The notes under the pieces: generated by a model
Databases searched by the model: none
The model's input: the letters and a program-made list of their open reading frames with translations, nothing else
Told to the model about the DNA's origin: nothing
Made by a program: the position numbers and the translations under genes
Part shown: positions 10,010-19,548 of the stretch, piece by piece
Position numbering within the stretch: position 1 is the stretch's first letter
Layout of the letters: every line of letters begins with the position of its first letter
Assembly (NCBI GenBank): GCA_045604905.1
Contig: JAZUOX010000060.1
Span: 22,386 to 86,385 of the forward strand
DNA: 64,000 nt
DNA from: Clostridia bacterium
GTDB lineage: Bacteria; Bacillota; Clostridia; UMGS1883
Direction: 5' to 3'

Positions 10010-10972
10010 TCATTTATTGTCATAGTCGTAACGCCTTACCTGTCCGAGAATATCGGCAGCTGCAACGTTGTATGAATGATTATCTTTAATTGTAGGGTAC
10101 CACGTTGTCATCATATAACCCAGAAGATTTTCCTTACTTATCTGCTCTTTACAGAACTCAGAAAGAAGAGTGATATTCTCGTAAGCCATCCATATACTGC
10201 CTGTAGGAACCTGCTTATAGCCGTGTTTGTCAAGGAATGAATAATACTTATACGCATCCCACAAAGGATAGCTTGGCGTTCCGGGGAACGAGAAATCTCT
10301 GTCATAGTACCATATACTCTGGAGAACTGATTTGGGCATTTTCTTTACATATTCGTTTTCATCCTGAAGTACCACGTTATCGCTCCACATCCATGCACAG
10401 CTTCCGTTCTTTTCAACCTCGTTAATAAGGAAAAGAACATCGTGCCACCATAGGTCACCGTGTCTTACAACTGCATAGCTGTAAGGCTTCTGATGATGAT
10501 ATGCTTCCTCGTCCATACCGATGTGGAAATAATCAGGTGTGTCAAATATTTCGCAGACTTCTTTTATAAGGTCGGCACAAACTCTGTAATAAATGCTTGT
10601 CGAAACCATTCTTGAATATTCACCCAGCCACTCATCGTGAGTTGTGGCAAAATTCAGTTTTGGAATAGGATTAAGACCGATTGAGCGAAGACGTTTTAAT
10701 TCTTCCTTAAGCTCGTCCACGCTCCAGCTGCCATCGATTGCAAGCTCGGGATGTGTTTCGTACTTAACACCTTCACCAAGGTCAATAATAAGTGTATTTA
10801 CACCTTTTAAAACAAGCTCATTTGTAAGTGCAATCCACTCTTCTTTATCAGTACGCATCTTGTCCTCCGCCTTGTGCATAAGGCCACGTGGTGTTCTGTC
10901 AAGGCCGTAAAGCTTACCGTCTTTGTCTGCCCACATATGTGTACCTAAATGAATTAAATACGACCAAATCAT
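10010..10972 (-). CDS. Uncharacterised GH20-like TIM-barrel family protein, paralog 1 (divergent)
   Basis: 320 aa with no signal peptide. It shares the LNFATTHDEWLGEYSRMVST and FHIGMDEE motifs with the seven other paralogs. Confidence 0.6.
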   Translation of the reverse strand: MIWSYLIHLGTHMWADKDGKLYGLDRTPRGLMHKAEDKMRTDKEEWIALTNELVLKGVNTLIIDLGEGVKYETHPELAIDGSWSVDELKEELKRLRSIGLNPIPKLNFATTHDEWLGEYSRMVSTSIYYRVCADLIKEVCEIFDTPDYFHIGMDEEAYHHQKPYSYAVVRHGDLWWHDVLFLINEVEKNGSCAWMWSDNVVLQDENEYVKKMPKSVLQSIWYYDRDFSFPGTPSYPLWDAYKYYSFLDKHGYKQVPTGSIWMAYENITLLSEFCKEQISKENLLGYMMTTWYPTIKDNHSYNVAAADILGQVRRYDYDNK

Positions 10973-10996
10973 ACCAAATTCTCCCTTTTAATTAAT

Positions 10997-11025
10997 CTTT
11001 ATTTTAATTATAAATTTACCGGTAT
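10997..11025 (-). promoter_or_regulatory. Sigma-A-type promoter (TTGACG-17-TATAAT on the minus strand) driving paralog 1 and the downstream GH2/CE15/uxuA block
   Basis: On the minus strand the sequence reads TTGACG ataaataccggtaaatt TATAAT. About 25 nt further on are an AAAGGGAG ribosome-binding site and the ATG at 10972. Two direct repeats, GACAATATATCGGTC and GTCAATATATTGGTC, lie immediately upstream of the -35. Confidence 0.55.
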
Positions 11026-11075
11026 TTATCGTCAAGACCAATATATTGACAAAAGACCGATATATTGTCATTTCA

Positions 11076-13976
11076 TCAGTTTTTTCCTGATTTTTTTATT
11101 GTTTGCGGTGCAATTTTTCCGTCAGCATCAAGAATCATTATTTTGTAAGAATCCGCTTCGGAGAAATCGCCGTCAAAGCTTACGATTGAGTTGCCCGGTG
11201 AAAGAGTGATTTCCTTGACGCTTACCTCGATAAGCTTGCCTTCTTTATAGCCTGCGCAAATCGCATTCACAGCCACGTCGGATGCAGAACTGTTCTTGAC
11301 AGAAGCTTCTGCTATGCCTAAAATATTGCACTTCGTTTCACCGATTATAATCTGCTTTACATCAGACTTAAGAACAAGGTATGCGTTCTTGTCACCGGTT
11401 ACGGTGATGGTATTTCCGTTTATTTCGTAATCAATTTCCGCATAGCCGGTTGTTGATATATCATAAACCTCTGCCGTGTCTGCATCAAATGACTGCGGAA
11501 GGGTTATTCTCTCGCCCTCAACTGCTTCAAGGCAGTCGATAAAGAAATAACTTTCTCCGTTATATTCGATGTCGTAAACGGAAAGGTTTTCACCCTCTTT
11601 TGCAGTATCGCTGAACTTACGATATACAACGCCTTTATAGGGATCACCCTTTACAAGTTCTTTCTGAACTTTGAAAAGCGGATATGATTTAAGGGATTTA
11701 TAGAAATAGTAGGATTCGTTTGTTGCAAGGGTTGACGGTGATTTTTCATAGCTTCTTTCACCTACAGGCAAAAATCCGCTTGCAAAAGCAATTTCAGTTT
11801 CACCGTCTGCATTACGCATATAGTCAATGGTACGGTTTGTAATCTTCGGAGTTATGCCGTCTTCCATCACTTCGCCCCACATAGCTTTACCGATATATCC
11901 GTTGGGGTAATTTTCCGCATAATAGTCGTCTGCTTTACCCGTTGTATAAATAAGCTTCGGAGTTGTGAAATCGTAATTTATACCGCTATATGTAAAAGGC
12001 TTTGATCCGGGAATATATCTGTATGTACCACCGCCAAGATTGAATCTTGGATAATAGCAGTAGCCGATATACATAACCTTTGTATTTGCCATATCAGTAA
12101 GAATTTCGTGGTCAAGCTCCACTATTACAGAGCTTTCCTCGTCAACAATAATTCTCTGATGATAGCTTAAAAGTTCTTCTCCGAGAGCATAACCGATTTC
12201 GGGTGTCCACTCACCTTTTAATTCACGAAGAAGCTGGGGAAGCTTTCTCGGGTCTGTAAGAATGTATTTTTCGTCAAGTACAAGCTTGTCGCAGTTAAGT
12301 TCCTCATAAGTAAAGATATCAAGAGGGATTTCTTCACCGTTACGATAAGCAGTATATGTCTTAACGTGATTTTTTGTAATGGGGAAAATCATCTGTCCTG
12401 TCTGCTGATTGGTAAAGGAAAGTTCTTTACCTGCATATTTTTCTTCTGTGTCTATACAAGTGATTTTACCTGTTTTTATTCCTCCGTCCATTGAGTTTTT
12501 ATGCTGCCAGCTTGTTGAAGACACAAAATCATCCGACATAAAACGGATTGCATTTATATGGTCAATTTTGCAAAGTGTCCATTTTTCACCGCTTTCACTC
12601 TCCCACTGTGTACCAACCCAGCTGTCGTCAAGACCGTGTCCGTTAATTGTAAGCCTCATAGCCATAGGACCGTGGTTTGCACCATAGAAAAGACCGCTGA
12701 AGTTAATGGAAGGGGTATCGTCCTGCGCCTGATTTGCAAGCTGTGTTCTTACTCCGGTTTCCTTATCAATGAGATGCGGAATAAGGTGGTCAATTATGTG
12801 GTTGCTTGTAGTAATTTCCGCAAAACGATGTTCAATTAGTCTATCCTCATCGTAGTCCGATACAACGCTGAGTGCAGGATGTGCATTTGTAGAATCGTGA
12901 AGGTCTGTTGAAGAAGTAATACCTGTTGTAACCTTAAGAGGACCCATTTCATTTTCGTCCATTGTTGTTACTGTGATTGTGTCTTTTGGTGTTGACACTA
13001 CAACGTCATCAATATAGAAATTACCGCCCAGAATACTGAAACGCTGCATACCGAACTTCACTTCAAAAAGACCTGTATATGTAACACCGTCTTTTGCAAA
13101 TGAAACGGGAGCGGAATTTTTCTTTACACCGTCAACATAAAAATCAAGCGTCTCTGTTGCAAAATCAAAATCAATACCTATTCTGTTCGTATTGTTATGT
13201 GTATGAGATGCACCGTTAATCTTTGTGCCGTTTGCATTAAGCACACCTGTAACGGCGCTTTTACCGTTAGATGCAGAAAGAGTATAGCCTATGTATGTAT
13301 CTGTCTTACCGGTAGAATCCTGAAGATAGAAAAGCATATCATATCTTATAAGCTGACCGTAGTCGCTTGCTTCCTTACGAGTGAATGAATACTCGTATTT
13401 AACTCTGTCCGAATCAGGAAGGTCATTCATAATGTGCTTTGTATAATAAGCATAAGACTTTGTTTCTGTTCTGTTATTAAAGCAGTCAAGCACATAATTT
13501 CCGTTATCTTCTCCGATAAGATTCACATAATCGGGGTCTGCAACAGACTGTTGTTCGCCCCAGTTCTTAATAACTGCCATAGGTTTTTCACCGAGAGAAT
13601 CCGGTCTGCCGAAGCCTTCTGATTCTATTATATACGTAGACTTCGCAGGCACTGTAAAGGTAATAACCTTACTATATCCTCCGACAGTTGCAGTAAGGTT
13701 CACAACAGTATCATTTTCCTGCCTTGTAACGGAAGCCTTGTTTCCGCTTATAACTACTGCAGGAGAATCGCTTGTCCATGTAACAGAATTTCCTCCTACA
13801 GCATCAGAAAGCGCCTCTGTATCAAGCGAAAATGTTTTTGCAACTGCATACTTTGACTGACTTGTCAGAAGGTCAAGAGTGATATTTTCCGCAAGGTTTT
13901 CACCTGATGCAAAAGCCAAAGGTACAATATTTAAAACAAGCATTATTGAAATGATGAGTGAAACAATTTTTTTCAT
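11076..13976 (-). CDS. Secreted 966-aa modular carbohydrate-active protein (Ig-like domain + ConA-like jelly-roll module + ~550-aa unassigned region)
   Basis: Signal peptide MKKIVSLIISIMLVLNIVPLAFASG. It carries an Ig-like module (VTWTSDSPAVVISGNKASVTRQENDTVVNLTATV) and a jelly-roll module ending FYIDDVVVS. Both are repeated in the 1765-aa protein at 22728-28025. Confidence 0.55.
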   Translation of the reverse strand: MKKIVSLIISIMLVLNIVPLAFASGENLAENITLDLLTSQSKYAVAKTFSLDTEALSDAVGGNSVTWTSDSPAVVISGNKASVTRQENDTVVNLTATVGGYSKVITFTVPAKSTYIIESEGFGRPDSLGEKPMAVIKNWGEQQSVADPDYVNLIGEDNGNYVLDCFNNRTETKSYAYYTKHIMNDLPDSDRVKYEYSFTRKEASDYGQLIRYDMLFYLQDSTGKTDTYIGYTLSASNGKSAVTGVLNANGTKINGASHTHNNTNRIGIDFDFATETLDFYVDGVKKNSAPVSFAKDGVTYTGLFEVKFGMQRFSILGGNFYIDDVVVSTPKDTITVTTMDENEMGPLKVTTGITSSTDLHDSTNAHPALSVVSDYDEDRLIEHRFAEITTSNHIIDHLIPHLIDKETGVRTQLANQAQDDTPSINFSGLFYGANHGPMAMRLTINGHGLDDSWVGTQWESESGEKWTLCKIDHINAIRFMSDDFVSSTSWQHKNSMDGGIKTGKITCIDTEEKYAGKELSFTNQQTGQMIFPITKNHVKTYTAYRNGEEIPLDIFTYEELNCDKLVLDEKYILTDPRKLPQLLRELKGEWTPEIGYALGEELLSYHQRIIVDEESSVIVELDHEILTDMANTKVMYIGYCYYPRFNLGGGTYRYIPGSKPFTYSGINYDFTTPKLIYTTGKADDYYAENYPNGYIGKAMWGEVMEDGITPKITNRTIDYMRNADGETEIAFASGFLPVGERSYEKSPSTLATNESYYFYKSLKSYPLFKVQKELVKGDPYKGVVYRKFSDTAKEGENLSVYDIEYNGESYFFIDCLEAVEGERITLPQSFDADTAEVYDISTTGYAEIDYEINGNTITVTGDKNAYLVLKSDVKQIIIGETKCNILGIAEASVKNSSASDVAVNAICAGYKEGKLIEVSVKEITLSPGNSIVSFDGDFSEADSYKIMILDADGKIAPQTIKKSGKN

Positions 13977-13990
13977 TTAGCATCCTCCAT

Positions 13991-14890
13991 TTAATTTAAC
14001 CCAAGAAATTTTTCTGCATTCTTGTAAGAAATTTTATCATAAACTTCCTTAGTTATAAGGCCTTCCGCGAGCCAGTCGTTAAGAAGCGGTATAATAGTTA
14101 CCTCCATTTCAGGCGAAGTGATATCTGTACCAAAAAACATTCTGTCCTGAAATTCAGTTAGGAATTTTGCACCGAACTTCGGATCGCGTCTTAACATATG
14201 TACGGGGGTAAAGTCTGAAAGGTCACCGTAAAGATTCGGGAATTTACGGAATAATTTAGGCACAACGCCCTCCTCTTTTATAGGACCTTCACCCATTTTT
14301 CCGATAAAATTACCTTCAGAATTTACGAAATATCCTCTTTCACTGATTGTTTCAAGCTTTGCAAGCTCCGACCAGAAAAGCGGACCGTGACCGAATACTA
14401 TAAGCTTGGGAAATGACATCAACGTCATTTCAAGCTGCGGAAGACCGGGATCATCATATATGCCAAAGCCCATATCCTTACTCGGTGAGCCGTCAAAAGT
14501 AACAGAAAGACCGGCTTTTTCGGCATAAGCCAGTAAGTTCTGCATTTTCGGGTCCATAAGCTCCATTTTGGGCATAATTTCACCTATGCCTTTACACCCC
14601 ATTGACTTATAATATTCAAGCACTTCGCTGAAATCTGATTTTGGGCAGTTCCAAATCATTCTCGGATCAATATTACAGAAAGGGATTATTCTGTCGGGAT
14701 ATTTTTCCGCCATTTCAAGAACATCTTCGTTTGTCTGCGGAAAGTACACCTCAGGGCTTACGATAGGCATTACAACACCTTTTGCTATTCCCAGTTCGTC
14801 CCATCTTACAATTAACTGCTCCGCACTGCAGAATCTACACACAAATCTTTGCGGAAAACGGTACGCGTGGGCATGCATATCAATAAACAT
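13991..14890 (-). CDS. Amidohydrolase_2 (TIM-barrel metal-dependent hydrolase, lactonase/decarboxylase-type) family protein
   Basis: The N-terminal MFIDMHAHAY (HxH metal ligands) is typical of PF04909-type amidohydrolases. 299 aa, cytoplasmic. Confidence 0.6.
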   Translation of the reverse strand: MFIDMHAHAYRFPQRFVCRFCSAEQLIVRWDELGIAKGVVMPIVSPEVYFPQTNEDVLEMAEKYPDRIIPFCNIDPRMIWNCPKSDFSEVLEYYKSMGCKGIGEIMPKMELMDPKMQNLLAYAEKAGLSVTFDGSPSKDMGFGIYDDPGLPQLEMTLMSFPKLIVFGHGPLFWSELAKLETISERGYFVNSEGNFIGKMGEGPIKEEGVVPKLFRKFPNLYGDLSDFTPVHMLRRDPKFGAKFLTEFQDRMFFGTDITSPEMEVTIIPLLNDWLAEGLITKEVYDKISYKNAEKFLGLN

Positions 14891-14893
14891 ATC

Positions 14894-15694
14894 TTACTTC
14901 CTTTCAAAATAACCTAAAACGTTATAGAACTTACCGCCGGAAAGTGCTTTGTCCTTGATTTTTCTTGCAAATTCACTTTTTGGTTCAATATCGCGGATTT
15001 CCTCACGGTCGGTAAATCCGAACTTAAAGAGAAAGTGGATGATACTGTCCTGCTCACGTTTATGGATTATATTAAACCGTTTCTGAAATTTAATTATATT
15101 GGTATCGTCACCGAGAAATTCCTGTAGATTATCGTCAAGCATCCAAGAAAAGCAGGTATAATACTTATACTCATATTCAGGGAAATGCTTTGTGAAAAAT
15201 TCTTCCGCCAAACTGAAGGCTTCATCAATAACTTCAGGGGTGATTGAGCCACCATCTGCAGGAATATGCACGTCAATTATATTGGTATCTTCTGAAAAGC
15301 CACCGTCTTTTCCCTCGGGATACATTTTTGACATCTGAAACTGCAGTCTGCCAAGTCTGAAAATTTCAAACTTAAGCGAAAGCACTATCCATGCATCTTT
15401 ATCAACCTTGAAATCGCCTTTAACAAGAGTATCGGGAAGATACTTTATTGAGGCATTGAAAATATCCTCGCTGATTCCTCTTTTCTTGTACTGACGGCTC
15501 AGCTCTTCGCAAAAGTAAAGGAACATAACGGAGTTTTTCTCTTTATCTTCTCCGTCGTTTTCAAGATAGGTTTTAATATCACATTCATAAAGTCCGTTTG
15601 TGTTTTCAAGCAGGGCATAAAATCTTTCGTCCGCATTTTGGGGGAAATCAAGCTTTTCGTACCATTTCTTTGCCAGTTCTTTTACTTTTTCCAT
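14894..15694 (-). CDS. Hypothetical protein (267 aa) embedded in the GH105/paralog operon
   Basis: The start is reassigned to MEKVKELAKKWY (ATG 15692-15694), preceded by a GGAAGGA ribosome-binding site and 4 nt after the upstream stop. The longer tracked ORF overlaps paralog 2. No recognisable family. Confidence 0.5.
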   Translation of the reverse strand: MEKVKELAKKWYEKLDFPQNADERFYALLENTNGLYECDIKTYLENDGEDKEKNSVMFLYFCEELSRQYKKRGISEDIFNASIKYLPDTLVKGDFKVDKDAWIVLSLKFEIFRLGRLQFQMSKMYPEGKDGGFSEDTNIIDVHIPADGGSITPEVIDEAFSLAEEFFTKHFPEYEYKYYTCFSWMLDDNLQEFLGDDTNIIKFQKRFNIIHKREQDSIIHFLFKFGFTDREEIRDIEPKSEFARKIKDKALSGGKFYNVLGYFERK

Positions 15695-15698
15695 TGTT

Positions 15699-16652
15699 TC
15701 AATCCTTCCAGTGGTCGTCAACTGCTTTTTTACTATGTACAATCGCTGAAAAGTGAATATACTTGTCAAGCTCTGTTGTGTCACACCAGGGTGCAACGAG
15801 TAATCCCTTAAGATGCTCCGGCGCAATGTTTTCCTTAGAAAATCTTACCTGATGGTCAAAATTGTATTTTGCACTATGATTTGAGCCACAGGGAAGCTGA
15901 TCGTAACCCTCATCACTGAGCTTTCTGTAATTTTCAAGTCTTGCCTTACTCCACGGGTCCTTGGGAAGGGGTGCTGATGCATCCTCGTACATATGGCAGT
16001 AATACCAGGGACTGATAAGAACGTCCTTGGGTACATTTTCAATAAATTCGTCATAGTGAGTCCACGACCAGTCTGCCCATATCCAGGGGCGTGAGCCGTT
16101 CTCACGAACGCAGTCAAAATAAAAATTAAGGTCTTGCCAGATAAGTTCAAACTGACGGTATGCCGCAAAAGTGAGCTTCTGCTGATTAAGACCGTTTTCT
16201 TCATCAAGGCCGAGATGGAAAAGCTCGGGCGTTTCGAAAATTTCACAAACTTCTTTTATAAGGTCTTTTACAACCTCATAGTATTTTGGTGTAGAAAGCA
16301 TTCTTGAATATACGCCTAGCCAGGCATCGTGACCTGCCGAGAAGTTCAGCTTCGGGAATACTTTTAGTCCCATTTTTTTAAGACGCTTAACCTCGTCATT
16401 CATAAACTCAGGAGTCCACGCACCCTCAACCGCAATTTCGGGATGTGATTTATAGAGAATACCGTCACCAACGTCTACAAGAATAGAGTTAAAACCGTGA
16501 GCTACGGCAAAATCAATGATTTCGTCCCACGCCTTTTTTTCTGTATTAAGTTTAAGGGAAAATCTTGCACCTGTGCAGGCAGGTCTTGTAGCTGAATCCT
16601 CCCACATATTGTCGCTGAGGTATAACATTAAGCATAAAAGTTTATCTTTCAT
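15699..16652 (-). CDS. Uncharacterised GH20-like TIM-barrel family protein, paralog 2 (group B)
   Basis: 317 aa. Motifs LSDNMWED, LNFSAGHDAWLGVYSRM and FHLGLDEENG. Cytoplasmic. Confidence 0.6.
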   Translation of the reverse strand: MKDKLLCLMLYLSDNMWEDSATRPACTGARFSLKLNTEKKAWDEIIDFAVAHGFNSILVDVGDGILYKSHPEIAVEGAWTPEFMNDEVKRLKKMGLKVFPKLNFSAGHDAWLGVYSRMLSTPKYYEVVKDLIKEVCEIFETPELFHLGLDEENGLNQQKLTFAAYRQFELIWQDLNFYFDCVRENGSRPWIWADWSWTHYDEFIENVPKDVLISPWYYCHMYEDASAPLPKDPWSKARLENYRKLSDEGYDQLPCGSNHSAKYNFDHQVRFSKENIAPEHLKGLLVAPWCDTTELDKYIHFSAIVHSKKAVDDHWKD

Positions 16653-16671
16653 TTTTAAAAACTCCTTTATA

Positions 16672-17628
16672 TTAATCTAAAAACTTACTTTTAACCTCGG
16701 CAACGTGTTCAAGTGCCGCAAAATATCTGTATTTGTGTCTTTCGGTAGTGCTTCTTCCTGAAGTAATCATAAAGCCACTTACCTTATCCCATACGGCGTT
16801 ATCCTTTGTAAATCTGACATTATGCTCAAAGGAAAAAGGCGTGAACGAATCATTTGCACCGCAGGGGATAATTTCATAACCTGCTTCCGAAAGCTTTTTA
16901 TAGCTGTCACGCATATTAACGTGATCAGTAGCATCAATAAGAGGAGCCTGAGGGTCAGAATACATATGATTGTGGTAATAAGGACTTACAAGAACGTCTT
17001 TTCCGATGTTATTCTCAAAGCGTTCAAAATCCTTTGCCGCAATATGTCCCCATATCCATGGACGTACACCCTTATCTCTTACACACTGAAGCATAAAGTT
17101 AAGATCCTCCATAAGAAGGTCAAACTGTCTGTAGCAAGCATATGTAAGATTTCTCTGGCTTTCCTCATCCTCGTTATTCATACCAAGGTGGAAAAGCTCG
17201 GGATTTTCAAATATATCACATACCTCATAAATAAGGTCTTTCACCACATCGTGATAGTCGGGCGTGCCGAGCATTCTTCCATATACGCCAAGCCACGCAT
17301 CGTGCGCCGCAGAGAAGTTAAGCATAGGAACTACCTTGAATCCCATTTTCTTGAGGCGTCTTACTTCCTCTGTCATATATTCGGGAGTCCAGCCGCCTTC
17401 TTCAAGCCAAAGTTCGGGATGTGACTTATAGTTAATACCGTCGGCAAGGTCAATTACAAGGGTAGTTATCCCCTTTTCCTTTGCTCCGTCAACTATCTGG
17501 TCCCAAGCCGCCTTTTCTGTAATCATTTTTGTATTGAAAACCTCACCTTTAAAGTTTGGTTTAGTTTTAGAGTCGTTTCCTGTATTATCGCCAAGGGTTA
17601 TAATTAAGCATAAATCTTTATTATACAT
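16672..17628 (-). CDS. Uncharacterised GH20-like TIM-barrel family protein, paralog 3 (group B, DE->NN variant)
   Basis: 318 aa and roughly 70% identical to paralog 7. The H-x-G motif reads HLGMNNEDEE, so the Asp/Glu positions are replaced. Confidence 0.6.
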   Translation of the reverse strand: MYNKDLCLIITLGDNTGNDSKTKPNFKGEVFNTKMITEKAAWDQIVDGAKEKGITTLVIDLADGINYKSHPELWLEEGGWTPEYMTEEVRRLKKMGFKVVPMLNFSAAHDAWLGVYGRMLGTPDYHDVVKDLIYEVCDIFENPELFHLGMNNEDEESQRNLTYACYRQFDLLMEDLNFMLQCVRDKGVRPWIWGHIAAKDFERFENNIGKDVLVSPYYHNHMYSDPQAPLIDATDHVNMRDSYKKLSEAGYEIIPCGANDSFTPFSFEHNVRFTKDNAVWDKVSGFMITSGRSTTERHKYRYFAALEHVAEVKSKFLD

Positions 17629-17630
17629 AC

Positions 17631-18590
17631 TTATTTTCCTCCAAAGAATTGTTCTCTTGTGTAACTTGCCTGATAGATTGCATCAAAATAGTAGTACTTG
17701 GATGAACCATTAACAGGCGACCAACAACCGGTGATTGCCATACCTATAATTTTATCAAGAACGGCATTTTCGGTTGCATATCTTACATTATGTTCAAAGT
17801 TAAACGTACTTTCGTTAGAACCGCCCTGAAGCCATAGGTCGTAGCCCGCTTCCGTCAGCTCCTTAAAAGCTTCAAGACGCTTTGTACTCCACGGGTCTGT
17901 AAGCTTCGGACGAGCGGCATCAAAGTAAAGATTGTTATAAAACCAGTTACTTATAATAACGTCACGGGGGACATTTGCTAAAAATTCCTCGGGAAAGCTC
18001 CAGAAATAGTCCGCATCGATGTTCGGCCTTACGCCCTTTTGTCGGATGCAGTCGCACAGATAATTTATATCGTGCCATTGAAGATCCCTCTGTCTGTAGC
18101 AGGCATACTGCACTCTTCCCTGATTAAGTCCATTTTCTTCGTCCATTTCAATAGCCATCATTTCAGGAGTATTAAAGAGGTCGCAAACCTCAAAAATCAG
18201 GTCACGGACAACTTCATAATATTTCGGCGTTGACACCATACGGGAATAAATCCCGAGCCATACATCGTGACCTGCCGAGAAGTTAAGGCGCGGATAAGCC
18301 TTAAGTCCTTTGGAATAAATATACGAAAGTTCTTCTTTAAGTTCATCCGTTGTCCATGCACCTTCAATTGCAATTTCGGGATGAGATTCATAGCGGATGC
18401 CATTTGCAAGGTTTATGTAAAGGCTGTCGATTCCGTTTTCCGCTGCCATATCAACAACCTCTCTCCACGCTTTTTTCTCTGTCAGAAGTTTTGTGTTAAA
18501 AAGCTCACCCGTACACCACGCCTCTGTATCAGAATCATTCCAACAGTTACCTGCAAGATATAAAATAAGACACCAGTTGTCATTTATCAT
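17631..18590 (-). CDS. Uncharacterised GH20-like TIM-barrel family protein, paralog 4 (group A)
   Basis: 319 aa. Motifs LAGNCWNDS, LNFSAGHDVWLGIYSRMVST and IEMDEENGLNQ. It ends in GGK. A 2-nt spacer separates it from the next gene. Confidence 0.6.
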   Translation of the reverse strand: MINDNWCLILYLAGNCWNDSDTEAWCTGELFNTKLLTEKKAWREVVDMAAENGIDSLYINLANGIRYESHPEIAIEGAWTTDELKEELSYIYSKGLKAYPRLNFSAGHDVWLGIYSRMVSTPKYYEVVRDLIFEVCDLFNTPEMMAIEMDEENGLNQGRVQYACYRQRDLQWHDINYLCDCIRQKGVRPNIDADYFWSFPEEFLANVPRDVIISNWFYNNLYFDAARPKLTDPWSTKRLEAFKELTEAGYDLWLQGGSNESTFNFEHNVRYATENAVLDKIIGMAITGCWSPVNGSSKYYYFDAIYQASYTREQFFGGK

Positions 18591-18591
18591 A

Positions 18592-19548
18592 TTATTTTCC
18601 TCCGTTCATTTTATCAATAGAATACCTTGCCTGATTGATTGCATCAAGATTGTAGTTCACGGTTTCAGGCACAGGAGATTCCCAGCTGCCGCAAATCTGA
18701 AGTCCGAGGATTTTACTTTCGTCAAGAGTTTCCTTTGCAAGCTTTATTAACTGCTCAAAATTAAAGCTGTTTATTCCTGCACCGCAGAGGAATATATCAT
18801 AACCCGCCTCTGTAAGTGCTTTAAAGCTTTTAAGCCTGTTATCGCTCCAGTAATCAGCAGGTCTGGGGTGTGCATCGTCAAAAAAGAGTGTGTCATAATA
18901 CCAGTTGGTAAGTGCAACATCCCTGGGTACATTTTGAAGAAATTCCTCGGGATGTGACCAGTAGTAATCGGCACACATACTGGGTCTTACTCCCTTTTCA
19001 CGGATGCAGTCACAAAGATAGTTTACATCGTGCCAGATTAATTCACCCTGACGGTAGCATACATACTGCAATCTTCCCTGATTAAGTCCGTTTTCCTCGT
19101 CATATTCAAGGCTGAAAAATTCAGGAGTATCGAAAATGTCAATAATCTCATGAATTAAATCCTTTGCAACCTCGTAATACTTCTTTGTTGAAACCATTCT
19201 TGAATATTCACCGAGCCACGCATCGTGTGCCGCTGAAAAATTAAGCATAGGATACGGAGTAAGACCAATACTTCTTAAATAGTCAAGCTCACTTTTAAGT
19301 AAGTCAACCTCCCACGCATTTTTTACCGCTATTTCAGGATGTGATTTATACTTTATACCGTTTGAAAGGTTTATAAATATACTGTCACATCCGTTTTTTG
19401 CCGCATGGTCTACTGTTTTTCGCCAACATTCATAATCAAGACGCATTTCGGGTCTGAATACGTTACCGTTACACCAGGGGACATCTACAGAGTCGTTCCA
19501 GCAGTTTTCGGCAATCCATACCATCATAGAAAGTCTGTTAATACCCAT
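18592..19548 (-). CDS. Uncharacterised GH20-like TIM-barrel family protein, paralog 5 (group A)
   Basis: 318 aa. Motifs IAENCWNDS and LEYDEENGLNQ. It ends in GGK. A 1-nt spacer separates it from paralog 4. Confidence 0.6.
   Translation of the reverse strand: MGINRLSMMVWIAENCWNDSVDVPWCNGNVFRPEMRLDYECWRKTVDHAAKNGCDSIFINLSNGIKYKSHPEIAVKNAWEVDLLKSELDYLRSIGLTPYPMLNFSAAHDAWLGEYSRMVSTKKYYEVAKDLIHEIIDIFDTPEFFSLEYDEENGLNQGRLQYVCYRQGELIWHDVNYLCDCIREKGVRPSMCADYYWSHPEEFLQNVPRDVALTNWYYDTLFFDDAHPRPADYWSDNRLKSFKALTEAGYDIFLCGAGINSFNFEQLIKLAKETLDESKILGLQICGSWESPVPETVNYNLDAINQARYSIDKMNGGK

Noticed and set aside
14894-15826. 310-aa version of the hypothetical gene overlapping paralog 2 by 128 nt
   Set aside because: The overlap with a conserved paralog is implausible. 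The internal ATG at 15694 has a GGAAGGA ribosome-binding site and lies 4 nt after the upstream stop.
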